Shown here one piece after another: positions 26,624 through 34,636 of a DNA stretch of 61,295 nucleotides. This DNA is from Methanosarcinales archaeon (GTDB taxonomy: Archaea > Halobacteriota > Methanosarcinia > Methanosarcinales > Methanogasteraceae): NCBI GenBank assembly GCA_004211975.1, contig RXIK01000113.1, positions 1 to 61,295 of the forward strand. Reading direction: 5' to 3'. Numbering within the stretch: position 1 is the first letter of the stretch; every line of letters begins with the position of its first letter. The position numbers and the translations under genes are program-made. Below the pieces are notes generated by a model that worked only from the letters and a program-made list of their open reading frames with translations, was not told where the DNA came from and did not search any database.

Positions 26624-27819
26624 ATCTTAAACCTCCTTTTTGAAATATATAATATTGTAATGATAAGTACTAATCCCGATCCGGAAAATCCCGGAATGCC
26701 AGATAAACCTCCGGACTTTGTTAAACCCACATCAAACGAAACCGCCAATGTATCGGTCTCTTTTCCTTCGTAGAGTGCGCACCCATTCACCACATACCCG
26801 CCAGACGACGGTATCTTGTAGTATGATGTCAACCGGCGGGTCTCACCAACCTCAACTAACATCTCATCACTCCTGATTAAGTCAACGAATTCACCGTCGC
26901 GGTATAGCTCCCCTTTGAATGCTACCTGGCTATCGATCTTTCCGGTGTTCTTGAAGTCTGCAAGTATCTTTATCATGCGACCTACCAGAGGATCGCCTTC
27001 GGTTACGAGATTCGTAAGTTCGCCCTGTCGTGTGAGCGTGCCGAAGGGAAGGATCTTGAAAGGCAGACTCCTTGTGGCAAGAACCTCGCCTCCGAGAGAG
27101 ATCTCCACGTCTGCGGTGTAATCCCCGACCTCCCGATCAGTTGTGTTCCGGATCACTGTGATTGTGTCTTCGCAGTCGTGTTTTACGCCAGTTTCATCGT
27201 GAACAAAGCTATCAACGAGTTCACTGTCCTTTGTCATCGCAACTGCGATCCTTGGTTTTGCAACCACGTTGCCCTCATTTTGGAAGAGTACTTTTATCTT
27301 CAGAGGATGCCCGATCTCGGTATCAGTGGTTGTGATGCTCTTTACGGTTCCTTTCAGGATCTGGGTACCTGTGACATCGATGGTAATCTTTGATGGGATA
27401 CGGATGACCGCCTGCGCTGCGGCACCCTCCGCACCAGTTTCCGCCTTCGGGATGCTCTGCGCATAGATCGTTCCGTCATAGTCAGCATTTGCAATATCCC
27501 CAGGTACATTGAATCTTACAATGACTTTTGCTTTGCCGCCTGCGGGAATTGCCACCTCTGTCAGTGGAGTGGTCAGGTCACCTTCCGCATAGAACGAGAT
27601 CCACTCACTACACTCACCCTCTGCTGTAAGCATGAACGTGCCTGCATCATCGCCAGTGTTAAAGACCGAGATCATTCGCTCATACGATCCGCCTTTCAAT
27701 GCGTCAGAGATTGTCATGCTTGCAGGCGCTATGCCAAGTCCGATGTCAGCACCCGCGGTAGAGCACAGGACCAAAAGTGCTGTAATTACTATTATCAGAT
27801 TTTTTGGGGGGGTTTTCAT
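26620..27819 (-). CDS. PGF-CTERM-anchored two-domain Ig/NEW3-like protein
   Basis: Signal peptide. Two ~170-aa beta-sandwich domains (..GSYERMISVFNTGDDAGTFMLTAEGECSEWISFY..VRFNVPGDIANADYDGTIY..). Tail GIPGFSGSGLVLIITILYISKRRFKI. Confidence 0.7.
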   Translation of the reverse strand: MKTPPKNLIIVITALLVLCSTAGADIGLGIAPASMTISDALKGGSYERMISVFNTGDDAGTFMLTAEGECSEWISFYAEGDLTTPLTEVAIPAGGKAKVIVRFNVPGDIANADYDGTIYAQSIPKAETGAEGAAAQAVIRIPSKITIDVTGTQILKGTVKSITTTDTEIGHPLKIKVLFQNEGNVVAKPRIAVAMTKDSELVDSFVHDETGVKHDCEDTITVIRNTTDREVGDYTADVEISLGGEVLATRSLPFKILPFGTLTRQGELTNLVTEGDPLVGRMIKILADFKNTGKIDSQVAFKGELYRDGEFVDLIRSDEMLVEVGETRRLTSYYKIPSSGGYVVNGCALYEGKETDTLAVSFDVGLTKSGGLSGIPGFSGSGLVLIITILYISKRRFKI

Positions 27820-27898
27820 GGGGTTCTTGTCCTTTTCGAAAAATAAAGGGAGAAGAGATGTTAAATTTATTCTAACATCTCCGATATCTCTTTATTTC

Positions 27899-28657
27899 TT
27901 ACACCACGGTCGGTGTGAAGGTTGTCGTTCCTGCGTATGTTCCTGATAGTGTTCCTGCCGGTACGTCCAGCTCGAAGTTAACATCAGCGCTGGCACCTGC
28001 TACAATCTGCGTCGATACTACCCAGTTGGTTATGATGTGGCTATCAGCGATGGTGTTTGTGCCGAATGTCATATCTGCCCACGAGATTCCATCATCCGCG
28101 TCGTTGTCGTAACCGGTCGTAGACGACTCACCAAAGACAATTGCAACGGTTCCAGTGTTTTCAACGTTATGGCTTCCCGGGTTGCCATTCGATCCGGCAT
28201 TAACCGAGCCATAACTCATGTCACCCACGGTAATCGCGATCACGGTGCTTACCTCGAATGTGCTTGCGTCTGTGTCAGTTGCAGATCCCATATCGGTTGC
28301 AGTAACTGATACATTCCATGTCCCTGATGGGGCGCTGACGCCTGCTGGCAGATCGAAGTTAAGGCTCCACGGACTTACAATTGATAGTATACTCCCGGAT
28401 TCACAGGTAGTCCCGTTCGGATACTTCACATCATACGTTAGCTCATTCACATCGCCGATTCCATTAGGGTCTGATAGTGTTCCGTTGACCGTGACCGTAT
28501 CACCCGGGTCTGCCGGGTCCGGAGCGATTGATGTGATCACAACATCCGGTGCATCGTTACCAACGCTCACACTCGTGCTTGCGTCTTCACTCATGGCTGG
28601 CGCAATCATCGCCGCTATCATGATTCCTGCCATTAATATGGCTAATATTCCTTTCAT
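27899..28657 (-). CDS. Small secreted cadherin-like plus C-terminal beta-domain protein (putative major subunit)
   Basis: GAGGAG RBS. Signal peptide (..APAMSEDA). GNDAPDVVITSIAPDP.. module. C-terminal domain ending FELDVPAGTLSGTYAGTTTFTPTVV, related to the end of 23781..24905. Confidence 0.7.
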   Translation of the reverse strand: MKGILAILMAGIMIAAMIAPAMSEDASTSVSVGNDAPDVVITSIAPDPADPGDTVTVNGTLSDPNGIGDVNELTYDVKYPNGTTCESGSILSIVSPWSLNFDLPAGVSAPSGTWNVSVTATDMGSATDTDASTFEVSTVIAITVGDMSYGSVNAGSNGNPGSHNVENTGTVAIVFGESSTTGYDNDADDGISWADMTFGTNTIADSHIITNWVVSTQIVAGASADVNFELDVPAGTLSGTYAGTTTFTPTVV

Positions 28658-28844
28658 TTCGTTTATTCTCCTCTTGTTGTTGTTCGTATTCTATTCCACA
28701 GAGCCAGCACATGAGCCGCCCTGCACATACGCCGTTTCTGGCAATATAATGCACTTACCACCGCACCATAATGAGCAAGCATCGCCCATATAGGGGCAAA
28801 TCCCCGTGCATCTCGGATTTTTTAAGTGGTGGTTTGAAATAAAC

Positions 28845-28873
28845 AAAAAAGAGAGGAATCAGATTCCTCTCTC
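28845..28873 (-). terminator. Hairpin plus T-tract terminator after 28889..32410
   Basis: Minus strand reads GAGAGGAAU-CUG-AUUCCUCUC followed by TTTTTTG, 16 nt after the stop. The same hairpin recurs at 34517-34546 and 37032-37060. Confidence 0.7.
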
Positions 28874-28888
28874 AATTCTTTCACGCTT

Positions 28889-31800
28889 TCATTTTGCGGT
28901 CACCTCTACCGTATTGCTTCCCTCGAATCTTTCGCCTGTCGTCAACTCTCCTGTAACGGTCAGCGAAACCGCATCGCCTGTTGGCACATTCACGAGATCC
29001 TGTATCTTGAACTTTACCTCAAGTGCTTGTTTGCCAGGTATGACACTACCGTCTCCGAAGGCGTGCGCTCCCTCGCATTCAACCGTACTTACATCAATAT
29101 CGGCAACATCATACCCCTCCGGCAGTGTGATGAATGCTTTGAGGATTCCGTTGCTGTTCAGCTTCAGCTTCTTATGGTCAAATGTCACGCCTGCCGGTAT
29201 CTCACCGCCTCCAAACGCATAGACCCTGCCGCCACCGATCGTGAAGACCGTGTTGTGTGCAACTGCAGGGGATGAGCCGCCCTCGGGATGGCTCCAGATC
29301 ACGTCACCGGTTGCTGCATTAAGTGCGTAGGTGCCCTTGCATCCTATTAATTCATCAGAACTCCCGACATAGACCTTGCCATCCGCAACTGCAACCGATA
29401 TCGTCCAGCCGCCGATGCTATCATTCACATCAGTCGCCCATACCGGGGTACCTGTCACTGCATCGAAGCAGTAGGTTTGAAGATCGCTGTATCCGGCACA
29501 TCCGGCACAGACATAGACATATCCGTCCACGACAGCAGGTGTTGAGTCTGATCTCTGAATCGTCTGACTCCACAGAATCGTTCCGTCTGTTGCATTGAGA
29601 GCATAGATGTCGCCATCACTGTAGAAGCCGTATGTGGTGAAGTACAAGATGCCATTTACGATAGTAGGAGAGCTGCACACATCAAGCGGGACTGTCTGAT
29701 GCCATATTTCGGATCCGGTATCAGGATCAACGCAGTAGATATGTCCGCCAGTGTATACCCAGCTTGTGAAGTACACCATTTCGTCAGAGTAACCTGGTGT
29801 TCCTGCTGCATATCCGCTCACAGTAATGTTCCAGAGTTCCTCGTCATTCTCCTCGTCGCGACAGTAGTAGTGGTGACCATCCCAGTCGCCTCCGAATATT
29901 TTGCCATCAGCAACCATTATTCCGCCGTTGACTGCTCCTGGCATTGCGCACCAGACATTGCCATCGTGATAGCAAGGTGACGCCCATGAGCCATACTTGC
30001 TGCTGCCAGGACCGTGATCTCCCAGATACGCTCCTGTGGATTCATCGAGAGCCTTCACAGTACCACCGCAGTTGACAAACACCTTACCGTCCGCAATAAC
30101 AGGTGAGGAACTTCCGACTGCACCGATGTCATCGCTTATCCAGAGCGTCTCGTTCGTATCAGGTGCGCTGCATGGCGATGTGCCTATATGCGCAGCATCG
30201 TAGTGGAACTGTGCCCAGTCGGTGTAGCCGATGATGACAGATGTTCGTGTGAAGTCGTTGTTCGACTCGTTAATTTCTGCCACAGCGTTTCCGGTGTCTG
30301 CTTCGGCATAAAGCGTATGTGCTCCGGTGCTTGCCGGTGTCCAGATATATTCGAGCTTTGTTGTTGCGCCTGCTGCAAGTGATGGGGCTGTCTGGTCAGG
30401 TAACGATGTCCCGTCAACCGAGAGTGAAACAGTGAATTCACCGGCATCAAGTACGCCCGCGTTCGTTACAGCAACACGGAGAGTGTTATCCTCGTTTGCA
30501 TATCCCGGGGTCGTAAGCGCAATCTTTGCAATGATTAGGTCCGGGTTTGGTAGAGCAGCGTATACGTTCTCGCAGAGTTCGTTGTTCGTCTCATCAGGCT
30601 CCTCGACCTCTGAGTTGCAGTCTGCGAAAGTGCAGATCTCATGGTTTCCTGTACCGGACGGTGTCCAGTTGAAGCTTACTGTCGTGTTATTGCCTGCCGG
30701 GATGTTTGTTACCGCTGCAAGGTCAACAGGACTTCCATCTGCTGCAAGCGAGACATTGAACGCTCCTGAATCAGCATCGCCATTGTTAGCAACTGTCGCA
30801 CTGATCACGTTGTTTATGCCTGCAAAGATGTTTTCAGGCGTTATGATCTCGGTTACTGTGAGTTCCGGCATATCAGGGAACTCAAGCACGTTTTCGAGGC
30901 AGTTGTTAATCTCATCAGGTTCATCAACGTCGTCCGTGATGTCAGAACAGACCTCAATTGTGTCATTTTCGCCAGAGAGCGTGAACGGACCAACTGTGCC
31001 GGTGTAGTTCTCGCCTGCCTGGAGTGCTGGCACTGAATCCGTTGTTTCCCCTACTCCATCGATCGTAATCGATGTTGTGCTTGCGTTTGCAGCGTCGCCG
31101 CCGATGTTCTCAACAGTGTATGTTACAGTGTATGTCCTGTCCTTCAGGCTGACCCAATCCTCAGACTTCTCGGTTACTGTGAGATCAGGTCTGTCGCCTG
31201 CTTCAAGGAGCATATCCTGCACGAACCCGCCGGTCTCGAGATCGGATGCTGTTACCGGGTGGTCAGTCTCACTTGAGGCTGTTCCATCGCTTGCATTGAT
31301 CCGGATCGTGTCGCCTGCGGTTACGCATGTTGAGTTGGTCAGTGTCAGGTAGTAGTTCGAACCTGCTGCGGTCTTGACTGTGAAGTGCTCACCTGATGCG
31401 AGGTTTGTTACCATGACTGCCGGGTCGAGGACATGACCGCCGCTTGTGTAGGCAACACTACCTGAGATGGGGAATGGGGTTGGTGTGTGGGATTCGGGAT
31501 AGTTCTCGAATTCTGACATCAGGGGGTGGTAATCCTCACCAAGACCGTCTGGGACTGTGTAGGGAGTATCTCCGATTCCATCACCATCGCTATCGCTTCC
31601 GGTGTAGTCACTGCCCCAGTAGTTGCCGAGGTAGTTCGTGTGGATTGCGCCGCCGTAGGTGTAGGTAACTGGCTCGGTCGAATTCCAGTAGGTTACGGCT
31701 GGTGGTGTAGTGCCAGAAGTGGTTGCGGTTATGCCGGTGTCAACGAAGTTGTTGAGGTATATCCTGTTGCCCGAACCTGCCCCATATAACTCGATGCCAC

Positions 31801-32410
31801 AGTAGCCGTTGGAAATGATGTTGTTATTTGCGACTATGCAGTCTACACAGTCTCCAGTTTCTAATGATATTCCTGACGCAGTACAGTCTCTGATGGTGTT
31901 GTTAACAATTGTACAGGATGGAGCGTGCACTTGTACAGAATAATAAGCATTACCCTGCTCCAAAACAATATTATTTATAAAAGTAATATTGGCAGCGCCT
32001 ATCATAATATTCTGATTTTGTTTATAAAAAACATTATTTCTGAATATACAATTTGGCGCGATTGGAAATGGCGTCACGCCATAATTGGCGTTTGTCATAT
32101 TGAATCCTTCCACAATACAACCATAAGCACCACTCGAACCACCTATACGCATATTGTCAGGGGCACCCAGACCATCCAGTATTACGACATCTGCACTTTC
32201 TCCTTTCAGTGTGACGTTCGGTGTATTTAACTCGAGACACCCACAATTATAAGTCCCTTCATGAACAAAGATCGTGTCTCCATCGAGTGCGCTATCGATT
32301 GCCGCCTGAATCGATTCTCCTTCGTGGACATACCACGTTGCTGCCGCTGCCGGTGTCACCATCATCGCGCCCAAAAGCGCAATCACACAAACGATATATA
32401 TCGTTTTCAT
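28889..32410 (-). CDS. Secreted beta-helix, NYY beta-sandwich, CARDB x4, PQQ-like beta-propeller, C-terminal ~100-aa domain protein (paralog A)
   Basis: AGGAGG RBS. Signal peptide. NosD-like helix (ATWYVHEGESIQAAIDSALDGDTIFV..YLGNYWGSDYTGSDSDGDGIGD..YHPL). CARDB repeats ending E.NN. Propeller with repeated ..DGKV(F/Y).. blades. Paralog of 37069..40713. Confidence 0.85.
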   Translation of the reverse strand: MKTIYIVCVIALLGAMMVTPAAAATWYVHEGESIQAAIDSALDGDTIFVHEGTYNCGCLELNTPNVTLKGESADVVILDGLGAPDNMRIGGSSGAYGCIVEGFNMTNANYGVTPFPIAPNCIFRNNVFYKQNQNIMIGAANITFINNIVLEQGNAYYSVQVHAPSCTIVNNTIRDCTASGISLETGDCVDCIVANNNIISNGYCGIELYGAGSGNRIYLNNFVDTGITATTSGTTPPAVTYWNSTEPVTYTYGGAIHTNYLGNYWGSDYTGSDSDGDGIGDTPYTVPDGLGEDYHPLMSEFENYPESHTPTPFPISGSVAYTSGGHVLDPAVMVTNLASGEHFTVKTAAGSNYYLTLTNSTCVTAGDTIRINASDGTASSETDHPVTASDLETGGFVQDMLLEAGDRPDLTVTEKSEDWVSLKDRTYTVTYTVENIGGDAANASTTSITIDGVGETTDSVPALQAGENYTGTVGPFTLSGENDTIEVCSDITDDVDEPDEINNCLENVLEFPDMPELTVTEIITPENIFAGINNVISATVANNGDADSGAFNVSLAADGSPVDLAAVTNIPAGNNTTVSFNWTPSGTGNHEICTFADCNSEVEEPDETNNELCENVYAALPNPDLIIAKIALTTPGYANEDNTLRVAVTNAGVLDAGEFTVSLSVDGTSLPDQTAPSLAAGATTKLEYIWTPASTGAHTLYAEADTGNAVAEINESNNDFTRTSVIIGYTDWAQFHYDAAHIGTSPCSAPDTNETLWISDDIGAVGSSSPVIADGKVFVNCGGTVKALDESTGAYLGDHGPGSSKYGSWASPCYHDGNVWCAMPGAVNGGIMVADGKIFGGDWDGHHYYCRDEENDEELWNITVSGYAAGTPGYSDEMVYFTSWVYTGGHIYCVDPDTGSEIWHQTVPLDVCSSPTIVNGILYFTTYGFYSDGDIYALNATDGTILWSQTIQRSDSTPAVVDGYVYVCAGCAGYSDLQTYCFDAVTGTPVWATDVNDSIGGWTISVAVADGKVYVGSSDELIGCKGTYALNAATGDVIWSHPEGGSSPAVAHNTVFTIGGGRVYAFGGGEIPAGVTFDHKKLKLNSNGILKAFITLPEGYDVADIDVSTVECEGAHAFGDGSVIPGKQALEVKFKIQDLVNVPTGDAVSLTVTGELTTGERFEGSNTVEVTAK

Positions 32411-32445
32411 CTTGTTTACCTCCTAAAAAATAAAAAAGAATTATG

Positions 32446-34254
32446 TTATGGTGTCACCACCAGTTTAACATAATCCGTCTCGATGTGGGAATGTTCCCTT
32501 GCTCCTGCGTCTGCACTCTTTTGTTTCACCAATACCGTCACATTGCCTGAATTGGTGTAGCTGTTAATGCCCGATGTTTTCTCGCCAGTTAAAGTCGCAT
32601 CGGTGCCAACACTGTTGTTAGCCAGCTCTTCGTATGCTGTGCCATTCCAGATGTAAAGCGTTGTACCACCGTCATCGCCTCCTACTGCGCCACGATATCC
32701 CTTACCATTCCACGTAACGTTTATCTTCGTTATCCACGACTCCTCGTTATCGATGCTGAAGTTGAACCTGTGGGCTGCGTATTTGCCATTGGTACTCGTC
32801 ACATATGTCTCATAAGTCCCATCATCTACTCTGATGTTAGAGTATGAACCTATCGCACCAGTTGGATCGTTGACAGTAGCGGGTGTACCGCTTACCTCAC
32901 CTTCATACGCCCACTTATCCGTACCAGCTCCTACATCGAAGTCATACCTCGTCCAGTTCGAGAGACCAAACAGGTATCCTGCATCATTTCCAAAGAACAC
33001 ATATCCGCATGAGATCGCTGCACCCTGAAGTGTATACTGTATCTTGCCTGCCGGCGGCTGATAGTGCCATTGCTCTCTGGCAGCAGTGTTTCCGACATAA
33101 TCTTTAAGACAGTATAGCCTTCCACTCGCGTGATTCGTGGTGAAGTATATATATATCTCGTTGTTCGTGCCGTTATCATACCATGTTGATATAGCTGGCG
33201 ATGATTGCACCGCGCCGTTCGGCGTAAAGTCCCATATATGTGTCAAATCAGATTCATTCAGACAGAGCAATGCATGGTTACCTGTGCTGAAGTTTCCTCC
33301 ACCTACGTAAACCCTTCCTTTGTAAACCACTGGTGTTGATGTGCTGTAACGGATGTCGTAGCTGTCCCAATCCAACGAGTTAAAATGACCCTCATAACTG
33401 GCACCAGTGGACTTGTTAAAGCCGATCTTCGATAAATGATAACCCGATCTGTTCGTAAAGAATAGGTGTTCATACCCTGTTGAGTCTGATTCGTTCCGTG
33501 CAATCGAAGATCTGATCTTACCGCTGCCAACGTATAGTGAATCTACATACGCACCGTTATTAGTCCAGTTTAAAGATGTTAGACAACCGCTGTCATTACC
33601 GAAGACTATGTAATCACCTATTACCGCACATCCTGCCCAGTAATTTGCACCTGCCCCGCTGTACGCCCAATCCTCTGTGCCATTGTCATAGTAACTGAAG
33701 TAACTATTACCCAAATCACCAAAGAACAACCTGCCCTTTTCACCATCAGTGCTATCGTTGTAGTATGTAATTGGGCAACCGTTACTGCCACACACATCTA
33801 CATTCCATCGTCCTGCACCTGATGCGGCGTTAATAGCATAGAGATATCCATCCTGACTATTCAGTACAAATATCGTATTGTTGCCATACGCCGGGGTCGA
33901 AAGCTGGAAATTCCCAGAGCCAACCGTTACCGGCCAGTTTCCACCAGCCGCAGTGCCATTCTTGTAGTATTTGAACAAATATGCGCCGCTGTCATTCGAC
34001 GCAAGCACATAGACATAATCTCCTACCACTATTGGTGTTGTATCGATGCCATAATACCACCATCCACTTTGATAATTTGCTGTATGTTGGCTCCAGTTGT
34101 CCGGCGCCGTTATCGGCGCACTGTCCGCGGTTCTTCCGATATTAACTTCATCCTTTTGGAATTGGGACCAGTCGGACGCCGCTATCGTTAGGGTGAGCGC
34201 AAGCGTCACCATCGTTAGTACTGTTACTGTTTTTATCATGTTGATTTTATTCAT
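32446..34254 (-). CDS. Secreted PQQ-like beta-propeller protein with uncharacterised C-terminal module (paralog A)
   Basis: Signal peptide then SDWSQFQKDEVNIGRT (typical propeller start). Repeated blade motifs. C-terminal WTRYDFDVGAGTDKWAY..KYAAHRFNFSID..TLYIWNG..ETDYVKLVVTP. Confidence 0.8.
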   Translation of the reverse strand: MNKINMIKTVTVLTMVTLALTLTIAASDWSQFQKDEVNIGRTADSAPITAPDNWSQHTANYQSGWWYYGIDTTPIVVGDYVYVLASNDSGAYLFKYYKNGTAAGGNWPVTVGSGNFQLSTPAYGNNTIFVLNSQDGYLYAINAASGAGRWNVDVCGSNGCPITYYNDSTDGEKGRLFFGDLGNSYFSYYDNGTEDWAYSGAGANYWAGCAVIGDYIVFGNDSGCLTSLNWTNNGAYVDSLYVGSGKIRSSIARNESDSTGYEHLFFTNRSGYHLSKIGFNKSTGASYEGHFNSLDWDSYDIRYSTSTPVVYKGRVYVGGGNFSTGNHALLCLNESDLTHIWDFTPNGAVQSSPAISTWYDNGTNNEIYIYFTTNHASGRLYCLKDYVGNTAAREQWHYQPPAGKIQYTLQGAAISCGYVFFGNDAGYLFGLSNWTRYDFDVGAGTDKWAYEGEVSGTPATVNDPTGAIGSYSNIRVDDGTYETYVTSTNGKYAAHRFNFSIDNEESWITKINVTWNGKGYRGAVGGDDGGTTLYIWNGTAYEELANNSVGTDATLTGEKTSGINSYTNSGNVTVLVKQKSADAGAREHSHIETDYVKLVVTP

Positions 34255-34372
34255 AAGTATTTCCTTTTCGTCTGCATTAACGCATATGAACTTGTTATCA
34301 CAGTCGAGAAATATAGATCAATCATAATCTATTCCCTCCGGTTATCCTGATAAGCCAGTGGCTGCCATGCAC
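34255..34372 (-). promoter_or_regulatory. Conserved ~115-nt leader/upstream block of the propeller genes (copy A)
   Basis: About 90% identical to 42578-42694. Contains the degenerate version of the GTCTGC-ATTAAC-GCAGAC palindrome next to the RBS. Confidence 0.35.
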
Positions 34373-34636
34373 ATCAATGTGGCAAGCATCACGCCCATCA
34401 TCGTCTTCTTATTCATCCGGTTATACCTCCTTTTCTTTCAGCTCCTTCACGGATTTAAACCGTGCAGAGGACGTTTTTTCCATTTTCATGCTCTTTTACC
34501 TCATTTCAATTAAAGACAAAAAGAGAGGAATACAAGATTCCTCTCTCAGTTCTTTCACGTTCCTTTCGCTATCACTCCTACCGTATCGCTTCCTTCAAGT
34601 GCTGTTCCGTCCGTATGCTCTTGGTTCATAGCTGAA
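34342..34636 (-). pseudogene. Duplication scar: 3' remnant of a beta-helix/propeller gene, terminator copy, promoter copy, and truncated 5' start of the 764-aa gene
   Basis: 34556-34600 encodes ..LEGSDTVGVIAKGT* (compare ..FEGSNTVEVIAKGA* at 37069). Hairpin copy at 34517-34546. 34342-34416 encodes MNKKTMMGVMLATLMC.., the signal-peptide start of 34637..36931, then runs into the propeller leader at an ATGCA junction (34367-34371). Confidence 0.75.
34517..34546 (-). terminator. Orphan copy of the hairpin/T-tract terminator
   Basis: GAGAGGAAU-CUUGU-AUUCCUCUC followed by TTTTTG on the minus strand. May also serve 34637..36931. Confidence 0.55.
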
